From the NCBI RefSeq assembly GCF_018977255.1, contig NW_024704742.1, positions 37,946,001 to 38,010,000 of the forward strand: a stretch of 64,000 bases of DNA, in the 5' to 3' direction. The stretch is from Callorhinchus milii (Eukaryota). Both the position numbers and the translations under genes were made by a program. The notes under the pieces were generated by a model. The model had not been told where the DNA came from. It made no database searches and saw nothing but the letters and a program-made list of their open reading frames with translations. Shown here piece after piece: positions 24,946-38,242 of the stretch; positions within the stretch are counted from its first letter, which is position 1, and every line of letters begins with the position of its first letter.

Positions 24946-25611
24946 TTCTCTAGGAGAAACTCAACATAAAATGGTGAGAGCATTGCCACCATCTTCCTGC
25001 TTACAACTCAGATACGTATCCCTAAACATTGAGCGATGGAAGATTATGCTAATAGAGACTCAACGAGGCAGTTATGCTATTGTTTCTTGCTAAGGATACA
25101 GAAGGGTTATCACAGAGCCTTAAAGCATGTTAGAGAAAATTGAGAGGAGAAAGACCAGGCAGGGCTGCGGTTTGGGGAAATCAGGTCAACAATTATCCCA
25201 CTTGCCAAATGCAAGGGGGGGAATGTTTTCTTTTTTTAAAAAGTCCCAGTTGTCTCTTTGATAATTTTACTCGCCAAACTTGAGTGGCGGAGGAAATCTG
25301 TGAAGAAATTAAAGCAGACTTATATTTTTTGACCCACATGAAATGCAAGAATATTTATAATTGAACAAATAACTTGCAGACAGCTGAATTTTAATTAGAA
25401 TTTCAAAATATTAACTTTGTAGGTTTTAAAATGCGCTTGTACATCACTCACTTAATAATTTTGGGTTATGCGCTGTTCCTGCAAGCATAAGCCGCTGGAG
25501 GAAGAACTTAGTGCAGATTAGTACAGTTCAGATGTTTTTGGTCAGTGGAGGTTGTGCAACACCTTTACAATGATATTTTACTTTTCATGGCAGTGGTTTT
25601 CATCTTTGAAA

Positions 25612-25628
25612 TGCCAGTAGGGGGCATT
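25612..25628 (+). promoter_or_regulatory. Candidate CTCF site
   Basis: ccagtagggggca (25614-25626) matches the core consensus CCASYAGRKGGCR; motif match only. Confidence 0.5.
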
Positions 25629-26002
25629 GAGTGACAGTGTTCAGCTGTATTTCATTCTGCGTCATGCTGACTGCACCCATTCAGTGCTTAAAGTCCTTGT
25701 GATTTTGAGCGCACAGCTGCTTTTGGATTCCCACAGGTGGAGCACGAGACAGTAGACTACAGTCCACACAATGAATAGAGAGAGAGGCCTTGCCATGAGG
25801 TTAATAGCCACCTGAACTGCAATGGCCCTGAAGCTGTAACTGCTTCAATCAACACCTGTATTTACTTCATATTCACTTATAGTATATGCTCTGTGTGCAG
25901 ACCATTTGTTTAGAAGAAGGCATGGCTCTTTTTTGGCTATACGGCGTCTCCTAAAAGAGCCTTTGTAGTTCCTTGTGGTAAAAGACAATGTGCAAATGCC
26001 GC

Positions 26003-26213
26003 AGTTTACCTAGCAGCAAGTAGGAACCTAGTTGTCAGACATTTGATGGATTGCTTTTTGGGGGTAATAATCCCCCACAACCCCCCCAAAAAAGTGGTCA
26101 CTCAATTCACGACTGTTTGTGGGACACGGTTGTGTGCAATTGGCTGCTGCGTTTCGCCCACAAATACAACTACGTGATAAGGCGCTATATCAAGTGCAAG
26201 GATTATTATTATT
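26003..26213 (+). mobile_element. Young SINE, 5'-truncated with internal deletion
   Basis: gtttacctagcag...gtgggacacggttgtgtgcaattggctgc...ggattattattatt. Confidence 0.85.
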
Positions 26214-27279
26214 AAGCATATTAATATTATTGCCAGCTGAATATTCTTAGGCATAATGGATGGCGCACAGGGCTGGGGTCCTCAAAGAACAGACAAACAG
26301 ACAGGATTTCAGGTTAACCATACCTATGACAATGCTGCATTAGAGTGTCAGCCTGGACTATGACGAGTTTCAAGTCCAGAGTTGAGGCTTGAACCCACAA
26401 CTTTTTAATCCAGAGGCTGAGACTGTTACCTATTGAGCTTTACACTGGCATTGTGTCATGTTTGTGTCATGGGGTTGAAAATTAGGTGATGTTTACCAGA
26501 ATCCAAGTACAAGAGTTGCACGAACAAGGACTTATTCCAGTAAAATCATCCCAGTTCTGCCCAAACGTGACGTTCACGAGAATCAGTGGGAATTGTAACT
26601 TGTAACCTGACTCTTTACCTTTAGAAATCACTGGAGTTTTGTTCCCACTGATTTTGTGTGTGCTGTCTCTGAGTCAGTCTACAGTGGGTTATCTGCATGG
26701 CTAACATTAACAATGAGCATTAAATGAACTATTCTGCCTGGTGATACTGGCAGTGATATATACTCTCACTTTGAAATCACAATGTAGAGCTAAGAGCTCT
26801 GCTCTCTGGTGACTGACTGAAACCATTCAATGCTGCTTTGAAGCCCTTGTGTTTTTGAGCACCCACCTGCTCTTGAATTCTTGCAGGTCGAACACGAGAC
26901 AGTACAATACACTTAAAATCCAAAGGATTAAAAGCGCAGATGTATGAACAGTTCTTCAGTAACATTAAAATGGTCTCTAAATGTACATTTGATGGACAAT
27001 TCTTGAATGAAAGCTGAATTAATTTGCAACCTACAGTGTTGTGAATCCATCTCCTGGTGAAACCACATCCTGATGATGATCTCAGCAGGTTGGTTCTAAT
27101 ACAATAACAAAAAGTTAGCATAGTCAAGTCTAGACTTGATAAAAGCAAATATATTTACAAATACTGTATTGATAACAAATAAGTAAAAACAAACGAATGT
27201 TGACAACTCACAATAAATCAATGGAAAAGTTTATAATTTGTTATTCACCTAGAAATACACAGTCACTATATTTAAAGGT

Positions 27280-27788
27280 GCTGTTTTTCTTGGAACAAAG
27301 AAGGTAGAGAGGAGCTTTGATGGAGGGAATTAAAATTATGAGGGATTTGATAAAGTAGATTATTTCTATTGGTTGGTGAGGCAGTAACTGGATGGCATAG
27401 ATTTAAAGTAATAAAATGTTTTTATTTCATATAGTGCCTCATCATGTTGTAAGTATGTCTCAAGGCACTTCATAGGATACACTGTAAAATGGTGTAACTG
27501 TATTTTGTGGGTGAACAAAAAAAGTAATTACCAAAAGAAAAAAGGGAAAGGATGGGAGAGCCTTTTTTTTATACACACAGAAGGTTATTAGGGATTCCCT
27601 ACACGTAACCATAGTTGAGACAAATAACAGATTAGCTTTTAAAAGCGAATTAGATAGATATTTGAAGAGAAGAAATACAAAATAGTATGAGGAAAAGCAG
27701 AAGAGTGGGACTAGATGGTAGCTTTTTGAGAGAGCCACAGGGATGAATGGTTGAATGACATCCATCTATGTTGTAACCTTTTATGGAT
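27280..27788 (+). mobile_element. Old CR1 3' end, interrupted by a minus-strand SINE tail (about 27410-27520)
   Basis: ttcttggaacaaagaagg...aaaattatgagggatttgataaagtagat; tttttatacacagaaggtt; gaattagatagatatttgaag; CR1-like 3' UTR. Confidence 0.7.
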
Positions 27789-27971
27789 CAAAATAGAGAT
27801 TGCAAGGACACCAGTGGCAGTTGTGTACTGCTGTTTATGGAGGATCAAAAAAAACAAGCTGTTTTCTTTTAACAGTACAGAAGAACATTTTTTGAAATGA
27901 TCCAGAAACTTCAGAGTATAAATTTTGCAAAACATATTTCCCTTTGAACTTTTTTTTTTGGAGTCCTTTTT

Positions 27972-28288
27972 GGAGTCTTGTAGCTCAGTGGTTAGAGCGC
28001 TCGCCTTGCAAGTGAGAAACCTGGGTTTAATTCCACGCAGGGCGAAATCTTGGGCAAGTTTCCTTACTCCACACACCTGATAATAATCCCTCCAAAAAAC
28101 AAAACAATAATAAATTGGTCATTTTCAATCCACGACTGTTTGTGGGACACTGCTGTGCACAATTGGCTGCCGCGTTTCGCCCACAAATATACGGTCAAAT
28201 CACTTTACAGTCTATTCTGTGAAGCGCTTTGAGATGTCGAGAAAATGTGAAAAGCGCTATATCAAATACAAGGATTATTATTATTATT
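27972..28288 (+). mobile_element. Young tRNA-SINE with intact head and internal deletion
   Basis: ggagtcttgtagctcagtggttagagcgctcgccttgcaagtgag (A box, anticodon arm) through the (att)n tail. Confidence 0.92.
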
Positions 28289-28759
28289 TTTTAAATAAGA
28301 TTGCCAGCCATTTACATTTCTACTGTTCATGATCCGAAACTCTGTCCAGTTCTCGGTATTGTTTAAAAGAACTGGACATATTATTTTGGGGGGGGAAATA
28401 GCAACAATCTAGCTTTAATACACAGCTGACAGCTGCACATCAGTAGGAAAACGGAGCAAGATCTTCACTCTTCAGCCAAATGTTTTTCCTTCAATGTTCT
28501 CCCCTCTCCTGAAGGCATTTCATTTTTTTNCCTTCTTCTGGCATATTTATACAGAGGCGATAAACAGCAGGAAACTACAGACTAAAATAACCCAACATAT
28601 AAACTACATAAGCCTGATCTCACTAACTGAAGAATTAAGAGAATCAGTCATCAGAAGGTAAATGGAAGATCTTGTTATGGAAATAATTTAATAAAAGTTA
28701 TCACACCTTTGTTTTTCTAACCAACCTTATTTTTTGTGAACCTGACATCCTAATGTGAC

Positions 28760-29740
28760 CGTTGGAAAATGATGATGTAGAATATCTAGATTTCCAAAAG
28801 ACCTTTGGTGAAAGTGCCACAGAAAAGACTCCTTTACTAACTGATGTCATTGAGCTGCTAAATGTAAGGTACAAATGTAGATTGGTAACTAGCTAAAGGG
28901 AAGGAAGGGAATGGGTGGTTGTAAGTGTATCCAGGTTGAATTCAGGGAGATATTGAGTTGGTTTACTCAGGAGTCAATTGGATCCCTATTGTTTCTACCA
29001 TACATTTGAACTGAATTTGCACGGTCTGTAAAAGACATTTACAGATGATGCAAAACTGGGGGGGGGGGGGGGGACTGTGGAATCAGTAAAGACAGCTAAA
29101 AAGTTATACATCTTGACTAATCACTGGCAAATTAAGTTCAATACAGATAAATGCAAGGCACTGCATAACATAAAAAAAAGTTGCATTTGATTTTATTATA
29201 AGAAGTAAAAACAGGAAGCATGTGTACTCTGTGGATGGGGTAGTTCTTACTAAAGCGGACATTGAAAGGGTGTTGACTCATCACTCACCATGCCAAAACT
29301 GTGTGAGGCAGCAAACAGGATGTTGCCTTACTTACATTGCCAAATGAGTTCAGTTCTCCAGCAATTATGCTCAAGCTGTACAGGTCTCTAGTCAAGCCAC
29401 AGTTGGAATACTCTGCAGTTCTAGTTGCCTTGATCTGAGGGCTACTACATATGCTCTTGAGATAGTATAGAGAACAGCAACGAGGCTGATCCCTACTTTT
29501 AGAGGGATGAGCTATGAGAAACGGTGAGATTAGCAAGGGCTCTTCAGCCTTGAAAAGAGAGGTCAGAAAAGTCCTGATGGATATATATAAGATGTTTAAT
29601 AGGAAAGAGAGAGTAAACCCTGAATAATCATTTTGGATACGCAGGATAGCAGTACAAGAAGCACAGATTCAGGGTTGTGATGGGTATATTTGTGACCGAC
29701 ACCATGTAGTATTTCTTTACACAGAAGATAATGAAAGATT
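28760..29740 (+). mobile_element. Old decayed CR1 RT segment
   Basis: gatgtagaatatctagatttccaaaagacctttg (DV.YLDFQK.F); tttacagatgatgcaaaactgggg (FADDTKLG-like); ctagtcaagccacagttggaatac (LVRP.LEY-like). Confidence 0.8.
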
Positions 29741-31700
29741 TTTCAATTTCTAAGTACACCACAGAAGCATCAAAACAGTACCAGAAAATGACAGGGGGAA
29801 CGGGGAAGAGCATCCTAAGCACACAACCTACAATCTTATGAAGTTAGTAGCTAATAGTACTATTTTTTAAACAAAATTATAGTGACCCTGTTATAAGGTG
29901 AACTCACCAGAGGGTGGGTTCACTTGTTTACAACCCAAATCTCATGTGGACCCCCATCACTGGAAGTGAAGTACACTCCCAGCTTCTGTCACAGCACAGC
30001 TAGTGACCCCACTCCTGTTGGGAAAAGCTCATGAGAGTGAGTCCATCTGACCAGCTGGTTGCTGTTCACATGTGCTAGCTGGCCTGTGCCAGAAGTGGCT
30101 TCAGTGGGGACCAGAAATGGGAACAGAGACCAGAACATGGTGTCTGATTTTGTTTGTATTCTTGCGCAGTGTTATACAGGGGTCTGTCCTATATACAAGT
30201 CTATCAATATACAGAAAACAGACAATTATACACCTACAGAATTTTTTGAAGTAAGAGAGAGTGAGCGAGATCGAGTATTGGGTCTCTCGTTTTCTTTTTT
30301 CATGCACAGGCTACTTAAAATTTCCACAATGCAGACAGCCCTTTCCAAAAATAAAACACCAATCTCCAAACCTGGGCCCTGAACAAGGGGAGGAAAATGG
30401 CATGAAACATCAAAGCCTAAGTTTTGTGAATTCACCGAAGGATTGTTACATACCTAGAACCATATGGATATAAATCACCCTGCAGTATGCGGTCGAGGCA
30501 CATCTGTTCTGAATATAAATGGAAGTTGTTGTCATAAGTACCAGTGAAAGAATTTATCTTCAACCAATCTGGTCATATAAATACTTTGATACAAGTCTCT
30601 GGTGGTCAGTCACTGATTGGCCTATGTGTCCTGCTGAGGATGATTTGAAATAGTGATTAGGTGTCGGCATGGCTCGGTTAGTAGCACTCTCACCTCTGAG
30701 GAAATATAATATAAAATGTTATAGAAAAAAAAGTACAAGGATGTGATTAGAGTGGTAATGTAAAAATAATCCCTGCATTTGATATAGCGCCTTACATGTC
30801 AGGAGGACACGTCAAAATACTTCACATGGTTTACTCTAGAGTGTTGTTATGGGCTTCATACATAACCTATGATCTGCTGTGTTGACACTTTCTGTAATTC
30901 TATGTAACACAGTACCTGCCAGTCACTACACTTGACACCAATTACCTGAGAGACATTCTGGCGTTATTGTCTCAGTATCAAATGCAAGGATTATTATTTG
31001 TAATCTCGCTGCATCTTCATATTTGTAGCCACCGTGCTCACCAATGTCCATACTGGATTCAGGAGTGCTGCTGAACTTGACAATCCTAAAGCACTTGTAA
31101 TTGTCTACAGTTAAATTGGATCTCGTTGTGTGGCTGCAGCAACCTCAGGAGTACAAGTGACATTTGCAAACTGATTGAACTTCATTGTTATTGATTTGCA
31201 ATGTTATGTGAGCCTCCCCCTTCTCCCTCCCCCAGATTGGGTTACAGCCCGGCAGTTATTCTCTCTATATTGTCTTGTCAAATATTATTCCAAAGCAATA
31301 GGGCAGCAAAGCTTGGGGCAACACAGGTGTGAAGGGTGCCTGTTGCCTGTGAGCCATTGCATCTCGTGCTGTGTAATGTGATCTGCAGCTAAATTAATGG
31401 TGTTTTCTCATGCAAATCCCCACAAAATGTATTGATAAATATGTGTATTTGAATTCAAGTGTATCGTTCACCACAAATTTCATTCAAAGGCAAATCAGTT
31501 TTATTTCTAGTGCTGTACTTAGATTTTTTGTGTGGTAGCTGGAGGTCCTTGAGCTGTGAGATGAACTTGTAAAAAGCCCTAGTGGCTACTCTTTTGCAGG
31601 CAGCTTCTATGAACCACAGAACAAGGAATTGGTTGATCAGGCCCGAGGTCCACGTGATTTGTAATCAATGTAGCAGCTCACTTCTGACCAATGTCTGCTA

Positions 31701-31908
31701 TAATAATAATAATCCTTGCATTTGATATAGTGTCTTATCACGTCGTTGAGACATCTCAAAACGCTTCATAGAATATACTGTAAAATGAATTCACTGTGTA
31801 TTTTGTGTGAAACGTGGCAACCAATTGCAAACAGCAGTGTCCCACAAACAATCCTGGATTGAGTGACCAGTTTATTGTTGTTTTTTTAATCATTAAAAAT
31901 ATAATCCC
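31701..31908 (-). mobile_element. Young SINE, 3' half
   Basis: Reverse-complement tail and body. Confidence 0.88.
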
Positions 31909-32674
31909 CTGAATCCTTTTTCAAATGCAATCGATTCCGAGACGATAAATTTCAACAATAACCTCTAAAAGCCAAATCTTTCCTCTCCAGCCGTCATAGC
32001 TCTTTCCTGACTCCAGTTGCACAGAAGGTGCAGAGCAAGTATCAGTTTACATTCATTGGTGAAAGGGGTCCCATAAACTATCAAATTGTAAAGAAAATAG
32101 TTTCCAGCACAATATGTGAGAAGATAAATTAAATATTGAAGCAGTGGGATGCCTGTACAGTAGCCTCTATGTCTTTCTTCTCTGTAGCATTTTTTTTGCT
32201 GGGATGTTTCATTCACAGTTTAAAACATGTGACTGGCACCCACAGCAATAGATGAGAGTAATTGGCAAACAGTCTAAAATCTCTAGGGTTACATTCATTG
32301 TGGTTAATTGGTTTTATGGTTTAGGTGTGGATAATCCTTTTTCAAGGACTGGAGAGGAAAATAGCCCCACTTCAGTAATGGGCTTTAATCTAACAGTGGA
32401 AAATCCATTTCGATGGCAAAAAAAACGTGATTGATATCTTAACTTTCTCCTGTTCCCACTGGACTAATTAACAATGAGTATTTGGAATTCATTGCACACT
32501 TGATGTTATGCTCCAATGGGACCCCATTATACTATAGTGATATATATGTGTGTGTGTGTTTGCGAGTGAGAGAGTTGATCTGCTTTGCAATATTTTTAAA
32601 TTGCAATTGAATTTCATGGTTGTCAAGTAGTGAGAGATATCAATGTTAGGAACAATTTTCCATTTTGGGATTTC

Positions 32675-32832
32675 ATTCACTCTCTCATTTACTTGCTCTC
32701 TCACATGGGTACTCTCTTGCATGCTTGCACACATTTTCTCCCTCTCTCACACGCAAACATGCTCACACACCTCTCTCCCACACACTTACTCACTCTTTCT
32801 CTCACACATTCGTTCTTTCTCTCTCTCACACT
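32675..32832. repeat. Degenerate (CT/CA)n low-complexity tract
   Basis: ctctctcacac-like units. Confidence 0.8.
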
Positions 32833-33360
32833 ATAATTTACTAACTGCCTGATTGCAGTTGGACTGTGACTGATGCAAAGCAAAGAGCAATCCGTCACAG
32901 TCCCACTGTGAGATAACCCCACGGAAGTAGTGACTTGCGTTGATATTTCAGAGATCGGGTCGGCCCCAGAAGTGTTGTGCTGACACCTCCACAATGGTTA
33001 TGCTGACATCTCCACAATGGTGGTATGGCTCCAGTGCTAAAAGATGCAGCATACAAACAGCACAAACCACAAGCTGTATTGCTATAGGACACTTCCTGTA
33101 TGCGAGTGTTGATGGAAACCTGGATTCAGGTCAGTTCTCTGACCCGCTGGAATAATAAAGTCATTTAAAATAGTGCAGGTGGAACAGGGGAGAGTGAGCA
33201 ACTCACCAAATAGAACGACGGAAGGAAAATGTACCATATTTCATTCGAGAATCCGCATTTCTTGAAGATGTATAGCAGCAAAGATGAGTGCCTTATGAGA
33301 TAAAAAAAGGAATTCACTCTCTAATTGTTAATTCACATTTGTGCAAACAGAGATCGGACT

Positions 33361-33711
33361 TGCAGACTACTGGGTTCAATTCTTGGGCACGCAAAACGTT
33401 GGGCAAGTTTCCTTACTCCACATCCCTCTGTTTACCTAGCAGAAAGTAGGAATCCGGTTGTTAGTCAATTGGCGGATCACTTTTCCAGGGGTAATAAACC
33501 CTTCAAAATATGTATAAATTTTATATATATATATATATATAATTTGATTACTCAATCCAGAACTGTTCGTGGGACACTGCTATTCCAATTGGCTGCCACC
33601 TTTCGCCCACAAAATGTGCAGTCAATCCATTTTACAGTATATACTGTGAAGCACTTTGAGACGTCTCAAAGACGTGATAAGGCGCTATTTCAAATGCAAA
33701 GATTATTATTA
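33361..33711 (+). mobile_element. Young SINE, near full length, with internal (TA)n
   Basis: B box gggttcaattc, ttgggcaagtttccttactcc, body and tail. Confidence 0.9.
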
Positions 33712-34549
33712 CTCTTATACTGCTTGTTTATCTTAGAGATCTGAGAGTCCATACATATCAACCTGAACTGAGGTCAGACTTGTATGGTGCATATTCATCT
33801 TGGAGTCATATATTAAGTAACTGTCTCACTAAAAGATCAATCTTCTGACATAACATAAAGCCACCAAAAGATATTGGCTCTTGACTAACGTTATCGTTAC
33901 TCAAATGCTGTGTCGCCTGTGACCAAACCAATTCAGGAGGAGACGTGCAATAAACAGGCAACTGTGTTTTGTTCATCCACTTAATTCATTTCAAAAGTGC
34001 AGTTCCACAGAACAGAACAAATACCTACCACTGCACGACCAAGCTCGGAACATGCTTTTAATTAATCACTCAGACAAACAGCAAATGTTAACATCTGATA
34101 ACTGTGCCATCTACTCAATACCATCGTGTACCCAGCGGAGGTTGCTATGTATTTTGTAATAGAAAATGACAGTCAACACACAGCATTAGGTCTTTTGGCT
34201 GACAGCCATATTGATGAATGAACACAGTGCACAAAACAGACGTAATGTAGCTTGCTTTATGCTCTGATTGCATTACCTGGTAATGGACCTCACTATGGAA
34301 TGGGAGGAATTTGTTATTTGGTAGATTGTAACAAAAAGTGCCATTGAACTTTGGAATGTGTGGTGCTTAATAAATTAGAAGTTTCCAGAGGAACCCAAAG
34401 AAGGTTATGTTGTACCTTAGCATTTCAACCAAAGTAGTGGCTGAGAAAGGAAAGATTTGACTCCATGAATCCATCCATTTAATGATATATTTAGATTAAG
34501 ACTAATCTCTAAAGAAGGAATGCTGTTTTTCAATCATTTGATTGGTTTC

Positions 34550-34860
34550 AGTCTGGCTCAGTTGTTAAACTCACAACCTTCTGATGCAGAGGTGAGAGTG
34601 CTAAGTCCCACTTCTAGATGTTAGGCTGATACACCAGTGTAGATTTGGGAGAGTGCTGCTTTGTCAGAGGTGCCATCAGTTGATTAAGATATTAAACCAA
34701 GATTCCTTTCAGATGGACGTTAAACACTCCATGAGAGTATTCAAAGAGAGAAGAGAGTTTCTCCCAGTGTCCTGGCAACAATTGCCCAGATGAAATTGGT
34801 CATTCACGGGTGTTTGTGGAACCTTGCTGTGTGCAAATTGACAGCAAATTGACTTACAAA
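34550..34860 (+). mobile_element. Old full Deu-domain (SacSINE1-like) SINE
   Basis: tggctcagttg head; gggagagtgctgctttgtcagaggtgcc; tcagatggacgttaaa; gtttgtggaaccttgctgtgtgcaaattg. Confidence 0.75.
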
Positions 34861-37552
34861 ATTTACTTACATAATGCAGCGACAATAATGTGCATTTATA
34901 CTGTATTCTTCATGGGATAAAGTTTACAGACTGCTTCATAGAGACGGGATTGCACATCGAGTGGGGAGATGGAGGAGGCCATAGTGGCATTCAAAGAGAT
35001 TGTATTTGAGGTGAGACTTAAAAAGATGGAAATAGAGGGGCTAGAAGGAGGGAATAAAAAGCAACTCCCTGTGATTTCCTCTCAGACATTTTGACCTTCG
35101 ATATTTTAAAAGAACTTACACAAATCAGCTTAAAAAAATAAGACAGTATTTAAGAATTTACTCTGGACACTCTAAAATTGAATACAAATAGAGTGAATAT
35201 AAACCCAAGCAGAATTTCTCCCCATTAGTGTCTGCTTTGTGTAGGCAGTAACATCTATTCGAATGTCCACTTAAGAAGACCAGACCCTGAAGAGAATGAC
35301 ACCACACATTCAGGAGCACAATATTACCGGTTTGCAAAAGCAATTTTATCAAAAAGAAAAATCAACATTTTTAAAAATGAATTTCTATTGAAATGGCAAC
35401 AAGGTCTATTGTACACCAGGATTACAGTACCCTTAACTATGCAATTAATCACTTATGTTCAAGGGTTAAATACATAATTAAGGATACTTGTAAAAAATGA
35501 TGAAACTGAAAATGCAAAGGTGTTTCCATGAAGTATCAGATTAACCAGCCAGACACGCTCTTCTACACCCTCAATTGTTGGGCGATAGACACAAATATTT
35601 CTTAATATTCTATCACTCTTAATCAAAAGGAAAGCAATCTGTTTGTGTAATGGGTGTTGGTCAGGGAGCATCAAATTACTGGCAGAACCCACACACATAT
35701 GTATTTACCTTTTTTAATATTAAAAAAGCCTTAGAGCATTTAACTAATGAGATCGTACATGAGATTTTTTTTTTAAAAGTTTGTTTTCTTGTCTATCTGG
35801 TCCAGAGTGTGGCTGATTCCATTACTGTTGTGGAGGCAACTTCCGCCTACATCAGTTCAAGATAACTCGGATTAGATTAAGGCTCTGCAAATGCTTTCCT
35901 GATTTTGACAGTCAAAGGAGAACAATCAAACGAGAATGAAATATTGCATTGTAACTTACATTTATTTACACTCAGAAAAAAGTAGATATAAAATGTTTGT
36001 CAATAAGAGAAGAAGCTATGCTGGAAAACATTCTTGCAGTTGCTTGTGACTGGCCAAATTCTGGCTGTTTGAAGACCACCGAGCATGATGATTTTATTAT
36101 CCTGGTGTGAATGGATTTCTTAATGCAATATTTTAGAAAGTTGCCGATAAAGAATTCTCACAATATGATCTCCATACAAGGAGGGAGAGAGGGGGAATGT
36201 AAGATGTGGAATAAATTGTGTGAAATAAAACTATAACACTGATAGATCTGCTTTATCAGCAGCATAACATTTTAAAGTTTTTTTTCTTTTTCCCTTTTCA
36301 GTTGCCAATGTAAAACAAAAGTTTTAAAACATAAAGACTGCTCTTCAGTGACCGCCCCCCCTTGCCAGAAGAGCAGACGTGTAGCTATCTGGGTCAGATA
36401 TTTCTCAAATCCTCAATTTAAGACAATTTGACGTGAAATATAAAATTGTATCTTTTTTAAAAATTCTTGGTTTGGAGGCTGGTTTTCTCCAGTTCTTTTG
36501 CTGTACTGAAAATCTGTCTGTAAATTAAGTGTGAATTTCCTGCCCTTGGCAAGAAGTCTGGCCGTGGTGTGTTTCCTCCACTTCTCCTTTTGTCTAGTCA
36601 AATTGCCAACAACTACTGTTCAGGCTCATATGTAAAGACTGACATTTGGGCAGAGTCCTGGAGGGCAACTGAAACCTGTAGATCCATTTGCCAGCAGAAT
36701 CTATGCCTTTGGCAGAAGAAGAAAGGAAATAGGTGTCTTGTTGGACAAGGCAATGGTTCTCTCTGTTGACATTCTTTGTCCATTAGCTACACTGATTAAA
36801 CACAAAGCACATCACAGATCAAAATATGTATTGATTTTAATTCACCTGCCTTTGTTCTTTCTTGCTATTATCCTAAACCCTGGCTAATCAAGGACATTCT
36901 TGCATTTGTGTTATAAATGAAGGCTCCATTGTGTCTGAAACTCTGTTTATAAGTCAAACAATGGACATTTTCATAGAAACAGAAAAATGCACAGTGTAGA
37001 AGGTGGTCATTCGGCCCATTGAGTCGCAGAGCAAGGAGATGAATTCAGTCCGACTGGACTGCCTTAAGCGCAAACCCCTTCAAGCTCATCTCTTTCATAC
37101 TTCTGTCTACCTCCCTCTTGAAAGCCACAATGGACTCCGTTTCCACCACCCTACTTTCTGATCAATCATGATGGAGCGGAATACAATGAAAATAAAATAG
37201 TCATTGGTCCATTCTAGCCCGATGACTGCTCATCCACAGAATCAAATTCAGTAACAATTTCTTCATCTGTGGCCTCTGGTAGTCCAGGTAATGTACGTTC
37301 TTAGCCTCGTTGAGCACTGTGGATAGAAATTGGAGGGTTATGTCTCTTGAGGATTTTGTTTAATTGGAGAGTACCACCTAAGGCAGTTCCTCCTTTTAAT
37401 CCTATCCCCTTGAAGGTTAGGTAAACTGGGCCTCTTTAGGGTTGAATTGACTCTAAAGTGCAAAAGTGCAAAACTAGAATCTGGTCAATCCATTATGTTG
37501 GTCTTGCTAGTCTGGTACCTGAGCCTGACAGTTTCACAAAACTGTTGATGAT

Positions 37553-38208
37553 AGACCAGCCTGGCACATTGACAGCACTTGGAGGAGCACTAGTCACTGG
37601 GACATAGGAATCGTTACACATGGCTCCTTATTATAATGTGTAATGCGAACTCCTTCCTCCCAACCCCAAACCAGGCAGACACAGATGCACACGGAGATTA
37701 TGGATGATACCATGGGTCTAATCTCCTAGGGATGTGGGGGGATGGGGCAGGAGGAGAAACCCATACAACAGCAACACAAAAATTTAACCACGGAGGGGTG
37801 CAGGCACCTGAAGTCTGTGGTCAGTGTCTGCCACCCCTCCTATAAACCCACAACCTCACAATCTCCAGTAAACCTCAACCAATCCTTCAGGAAAAATACA
37901 ATACAATATTACATTTGTGTAGCGCTTTCACGTTGGGAGGACGTCCCAAGGCGCTGAACATAACCTTTGACTGGTGAGCTGTGCTGCCTTGACATCCTAG
38001 TGCCTGCTATAACCCAATAACAATGTAAAGCTATGGTGGTGATATCCTAACTGGACAAGGAGAGAGAAGTTTATCAGTGGTCCGCTGCATGATTTTAACT
38101 GGTTAAAGCCTAGCAGTGCCTCAACACACACTTTAGGTCCCCAAGAATCCTATGTCCCAGTAACTAGTGCTCCTCCAAGTGCTGTAGGTGTGCCAGGCTG
38201 GCTGGTCT
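37553..38208. repeat. Inverted pair of about 60-bp modular-repeat arms (37553-37612 and 38144-38208)
   Basis: cagcctggcacattgacagcacttggaggagcactagtcactgggacatagga versus the reverse complement of tcctatgtcccagtaactagtgctcctccaagtgctgtaggtgtgccaggctg. Confidence 0.85.
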
Positions 38209-38242
38209 GACGAATTGATGAGGGTGTGGGGTTGGACGAAGA

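Noticed and set aside
27124..27139. Perfect 16-bp palindrome tcaagtctagacttga
   Set aside because: Lies in a probable decayed LINE fragment (minus strand reads SRLDYAN); one such palindrome in 64 kb is not remarkable.
27972..28045. tRNA-Ala gene (also at 10847, 38540-38613, 44095-44168, 58814)
   Set aside because: Each tRNA-like head runs directly into SINE body and tail and carries stem-breaking mutations; these are SINE heads.
30764..30999. Apparent element with terminal inverted repeats
   Set aside because: The two ends are ordinary SINE 3' tails in opposite orientation.
36270..36310. Strong acceptor-like site (also at about 1625 and 16241)
   Set aside because: No recognisable coding frame or paired donor; such decoy sites are common in long introns.
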